In this document: one piece after another, positions 61,731 to 64,000 of the stretch
How positions within the stretch are numbered: position 1 is the stretch's first letter
How the letters are laid out: each line of letters begins with the position of its first letter
Assembly: GCA_044221725.1 (NCBI GenBank)
Contig: JBGAON010000002.1
Location: 481,455-545,454 of the forward strand
Source of the DNA: Elusimicrobiota bacterium
GTDB taxonomy: Bacteria > Elusimicrobiota > Elusimicrobia > F11
Direction: 5' to 3'
DNA length: 64,000 nucleotides
Made by a program: the position numbers and the translations under genes
The notes under the pieces: generated by a model
Databases searched by the model: none
Told to the model about the DNA's origin: nothing
Seen by the model: only the letters and a program-made list of their open reading frames with translations

Positions 61731-63284
61731 ATGGCCGTCATTCGTCGCGCGTTGCTTTCTGTTACCGATAAAAATGGTGTCGTTGATTTGGCGCACCGGT
61801 TGTCGGATCTTGGGGCTGAAATTGTTTCGACCGGAGGAACAGCCAGCATATTGCGGCAAGCCGAAATTGGAGTTACCGAAGTTTCCGCGCTCACCGGTTT
61901 TCCAGAAATTCTTGATGGTCGCGTAAAAACCCTCCATCCAAAAGTTTTCGGCGGTCTTTTGGGACTGCCCGACAAACCCGAACATGCCAACGCAATGGAA
62001 ACACACGGTATCGCACCGTTCGACTTGATCGCGGTGAACCTTTACCCGTTCGAGAAGGTCATCCAAGGAAAATCGATGGAAGATGACGAACTTGTGGAGT
62101 TTATCGACATCGGCGGTGTGGCGCTCCTGCGCGCGGCCGCGAAAAACTACAAGCACGTGCTCGTGCTGTGCGATCCGAACGATTACGGTTTGGTGCTCCA
62201 AGAAATCCAAAATCCGCTCGGCATCACCGAAAAACTGCGCCAAAAACTCGCTGTTAAGGCCTTCGCCCACACCGCGCATTACGATGCCGTGATTTCGTCG
62301 CACATGAAGGCACGCTGGGAAATCAAAGAGAAGTTCGCTGATGAAATGACAGTTGGTCTGCGCAAATTAAAAACGCTGCGCTACGGGGAAAATCCGCACC
62401 AGGAAGCGGCCGTGTATCGCGAATCCGGGACGCCGGCGTGGGGCGTGGTTTCGGCGAACGTCCTTCAAGGGAAAGAGATTTCGTTTAACAATTATTTGGA
62501 TTGCGAAGCAGCTTGGCAGGTGGCGCTCAGCTTTACGGAGCCTGTGTGCGTGATCATCAAGCACAACAATCCGTGCGGCGTTGCGACCGCTCTCACACCG
62601 GCCGAAGCGTACCGCTGGGCGCTCATGTGCGACCCGGTGAGCGCGTTTGGCGGCATCATTGGTTTTAATCGCGCGGTGGATCGCGAAACGGCCGAAGAGG
62701 TGAGCAAGCTTTTCGTTGAGTGCGTGATTGCCCCCAGTTATCACCCCGAAGCGCTGGAAATTTTTAAAGCGAAGAAAAATGTTCGCCTGCTGGAGCAACC
62801 GACACTTTTATCAGCGCCGTATCAATCGGACGTTCGTCGTATCTCGGGCGGTTATCTCGTGCAAGATATGGATGTTCTATCCGGTGCCGAATTTAGAGTT
62901 GTCACCAAACGTCAACCAACAGAAACCGAACGCGCATCGCTTGATTTTTCGTGGCGCATTGCGAAACATGTGAAGTCGAACGCGATCGTGCTTGCACGCG
63001 GTCGGCAAACGGTTGGCATTGGCGCAGGTCAAATGTCGCGCATCGACAGCATCAAGATTGCGTCGATCAAAATGAAACAAGCGAAGTTGGACGTGGGAGA
63101 ATCGCTCGTGATGGCATCCGATGCGTTCTTCCCGTTTCGAGATGTCGTTGATGAAGCAGCGAAAATCGGCGTGACCGCCATCATTCAACCGGGCGGCTCG
63201 ATTCGCGACAACGAATCCATTCAAGCGGCGGACGAACACGGAATAGCCATGGTGTTCACCGGCACGCGCCACTTTAAACATTAA
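61731..63284 (+). CDS. purH: Bifunctional AICAR transformylase / IMP cyclohydrolase PurH
   Basis: 517 aa with an MGS-like N-terminal domain (RALLSVTDKNGVVDLA) and an AICARFT C-terminal domain. Confidence 0.93.
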   Translation: MAVIRRALLSVTDKNGVVDLAHRLSDLGAEIVSTGGTASILRQAEIGVTEVSALTGFPEILDGRVKTLHPKVFGGLLGLPDKPEHANAMETHGIAPFDLIAVNLYPFEKVIQGKSMEDDELVEFIDIGGVALLRAAAKNYKHVLVLCDPNDYGLVLQEIQNPLGITEKLRQKLAVKAFAHTAHYDAVISSHMKARWEIKEKFADEMTVGLRKLKTLRYGENPHQEAAVYRESGTPAWGVVSANVLQGKEISFNNYLDCEAAWQVALSFTEPVCVIIKHNNPCGVATALTPAEAYRWALMCDPVSAFGGIIGFNRAVDRETAEEVSKLFVECVIAPSYHPEALEIFKAKKNVRLLEQPTLLSAPYQSDVRRISGGYLVQDMDVLSGAEFRVVTKRQPTETERASLDFSWRIAKHVKSNAIVLARGRQTVGIGAGQMSRIDSIKIASIKMKQAKLDVGESLVMASDAFFPFRDVVDEAAKIGVTAIIQPGGSIRDNESIQAADEHGIAMVFTGTRHFKH

Positions 63285-63312
63285 TGAAGGAAGCCGTCGC
63301 CGTGAACGCGTC

Positions 63313-63348
63313 ATCCTGGCAGGTCTTAAGCCAGGATCCATTTTAGCC
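63313..63348 (+). terminator. Weak candidate terminator after purH
   Basis: An 8-bp stem (ATCCTGGC / GCCAGGAT) with a 9-nt loop is followed by CCATTTTA. The T-run is short. Confidence 0.35.
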
Positions 63349-63391
63349 CTGGATTGAGCCATTCCAGGCGACGATTCACTAACGAATTAAT

Positions 63392-64000
63392 ATGAATATC
63401 CGTCAATCTTTTCTTGATTTCTTCAAAAGCAAGGGTCACACCGTTGTACCGTCCGATTCGCTCGTGCCGTCGAGCGACCCGACTCTTCTGTTTACCTCCG
63501 CCGGCATGGTGCAATTCAAAGCGCACTTCCTGCAGCAGATTCCGCTGACGTTCACGCGCGCGGCGTCGAGCCAACGGTGCCTGCGCACAACCGATATTGA
63601 ATCGGTGGGCCTCACGGCGCGGCATCTGACGTTTTTCGAAATGCTCGGCAACTTTTCGTTCGGAGACTATTTCAAACAAGATGCGATCGCCTGGGGTTGG
63701 GAATTTCTCACAAAAGAGTTGGCGCTCGAGAAAGACCGTCTGTGGATTTCGGTTTATAAAGATGACACGGAAGCCGAAAACATATGGAAAAAACTTGTTC
63801 CGGCCAATCGCATCAAACGCATGGGCGAAGAATCGAATTTCTGGACCATGGGACCAACCGGCCCCTGCGGACCGTGCTCGGAAATTTATTGGGACAAAGA
63901 AGGAAAGAAAGATGGCCGGGAGCTGGATGAGTCCGACCGTTTTATGGAAGTGTGGAACCTTGTGTTCACACAATTCGATCGGCAGGCCGATGGAAAGCTG
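63392..64000 (+). CDS. alaS: Alanine--tRNA ligase, N-terminal part (3' end outside window)
   Basis: Class II aaRS motif [10 protein letters not shown], plus the conserved segments [15 protein letters not shown] and WNLVFTQF. The ORF runs off the window end. Confidence 0.9.
   Translation, partial: MNIRQSFLDFFKSKGHTVVPSDSLVPSSDPTLLFTSAGMVQFKAHFLQQIPLTFTRAASSQRCLRTTDIESVGLTARHLTFFEMLGNFSFGDYFKQDAIAWGWEFLTKELALEKDRLWISVYKDDTEAENIWKKLVPANRIKRMGEESNFWTMGPTGPCGPCSEIYWDKEGKKDGRELDESDRFMEVWNLVFTQFDRQADGKL

Overview
This 64-kb window is a densely packed, almost entirely plus-strand stretch of a diderm (Gram-negative) bacterial chromosome of about 52% GC. Phylum cannot be assigned from sequence alone; the gene order resembles delta-proteobacterial or candidate-phylum genomes. 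No rRNA, tRNA, CRISPR array, transposase, integrase or large repeat is evident. Content in order: (1) an outer-membrane and lipid A biogenesis supercluster tamB-bamA-skp-lpxD-lpxC-fabZ-lpxA-lpxI-(Gfo/Idh/MocA oxidoreductase)-lpxB-msbA with several 4-nt ATGA/GTGA overlaps; (2) thiS-thiG, an unknown beta-barrel-like outer-membrane protein, recG, coaD; (3) a short-form phosphotransacetylase 1 nt upstream of a complete type IV pilus locus pilB-pilT-pilC-[large polytopic membrane protein]-pilA-pilD-pilMNOPQ; (4) a glycan-synthesis block: GtrB/ArnC-like GT2, MprF-type flippase-like protein, WecA-like GT4-family transferase, FAD oxidoreductase, GT1-family transferase; (5) a sensor histidine kinase (Cache-like sensor, HAMP, PAS) with a REC-GGDEF-EAL response regulator; (6) yceD-rpmF-plsX-fabH-fabD-fabG-acpP-fabF-rnc; (7) an acyl-CoA dehydrogenase with etfB-etfA and an archaeal-type 7Fe ferredoxin; (8) smc, a WecG/TagA-like transferase, rpmB, ribD-ribE-ribBA-ribH-nusB, ligA, purH and the 5' end of alaS. 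The most interesting signals: the pilus locus is bracketed by glycosylation machinery, including a candidate GT-C-fold transferase immediately upstream of a pilin with a Ser-rich C-terminal tail. PilB carries two intact MshEN-type c-di-GMP-binding motifs. The pilin gene has a near-consensus sigma70 promoter and a strong terminator whose stem contains the pilD start codon. A Sulfolobus-type zinc-ferredoxin homolog that lacks two Zn ligands sits behind bcd-etfBA. A lone GnnA-like oxidoreductase is translationally coupled inside the lpx operon.
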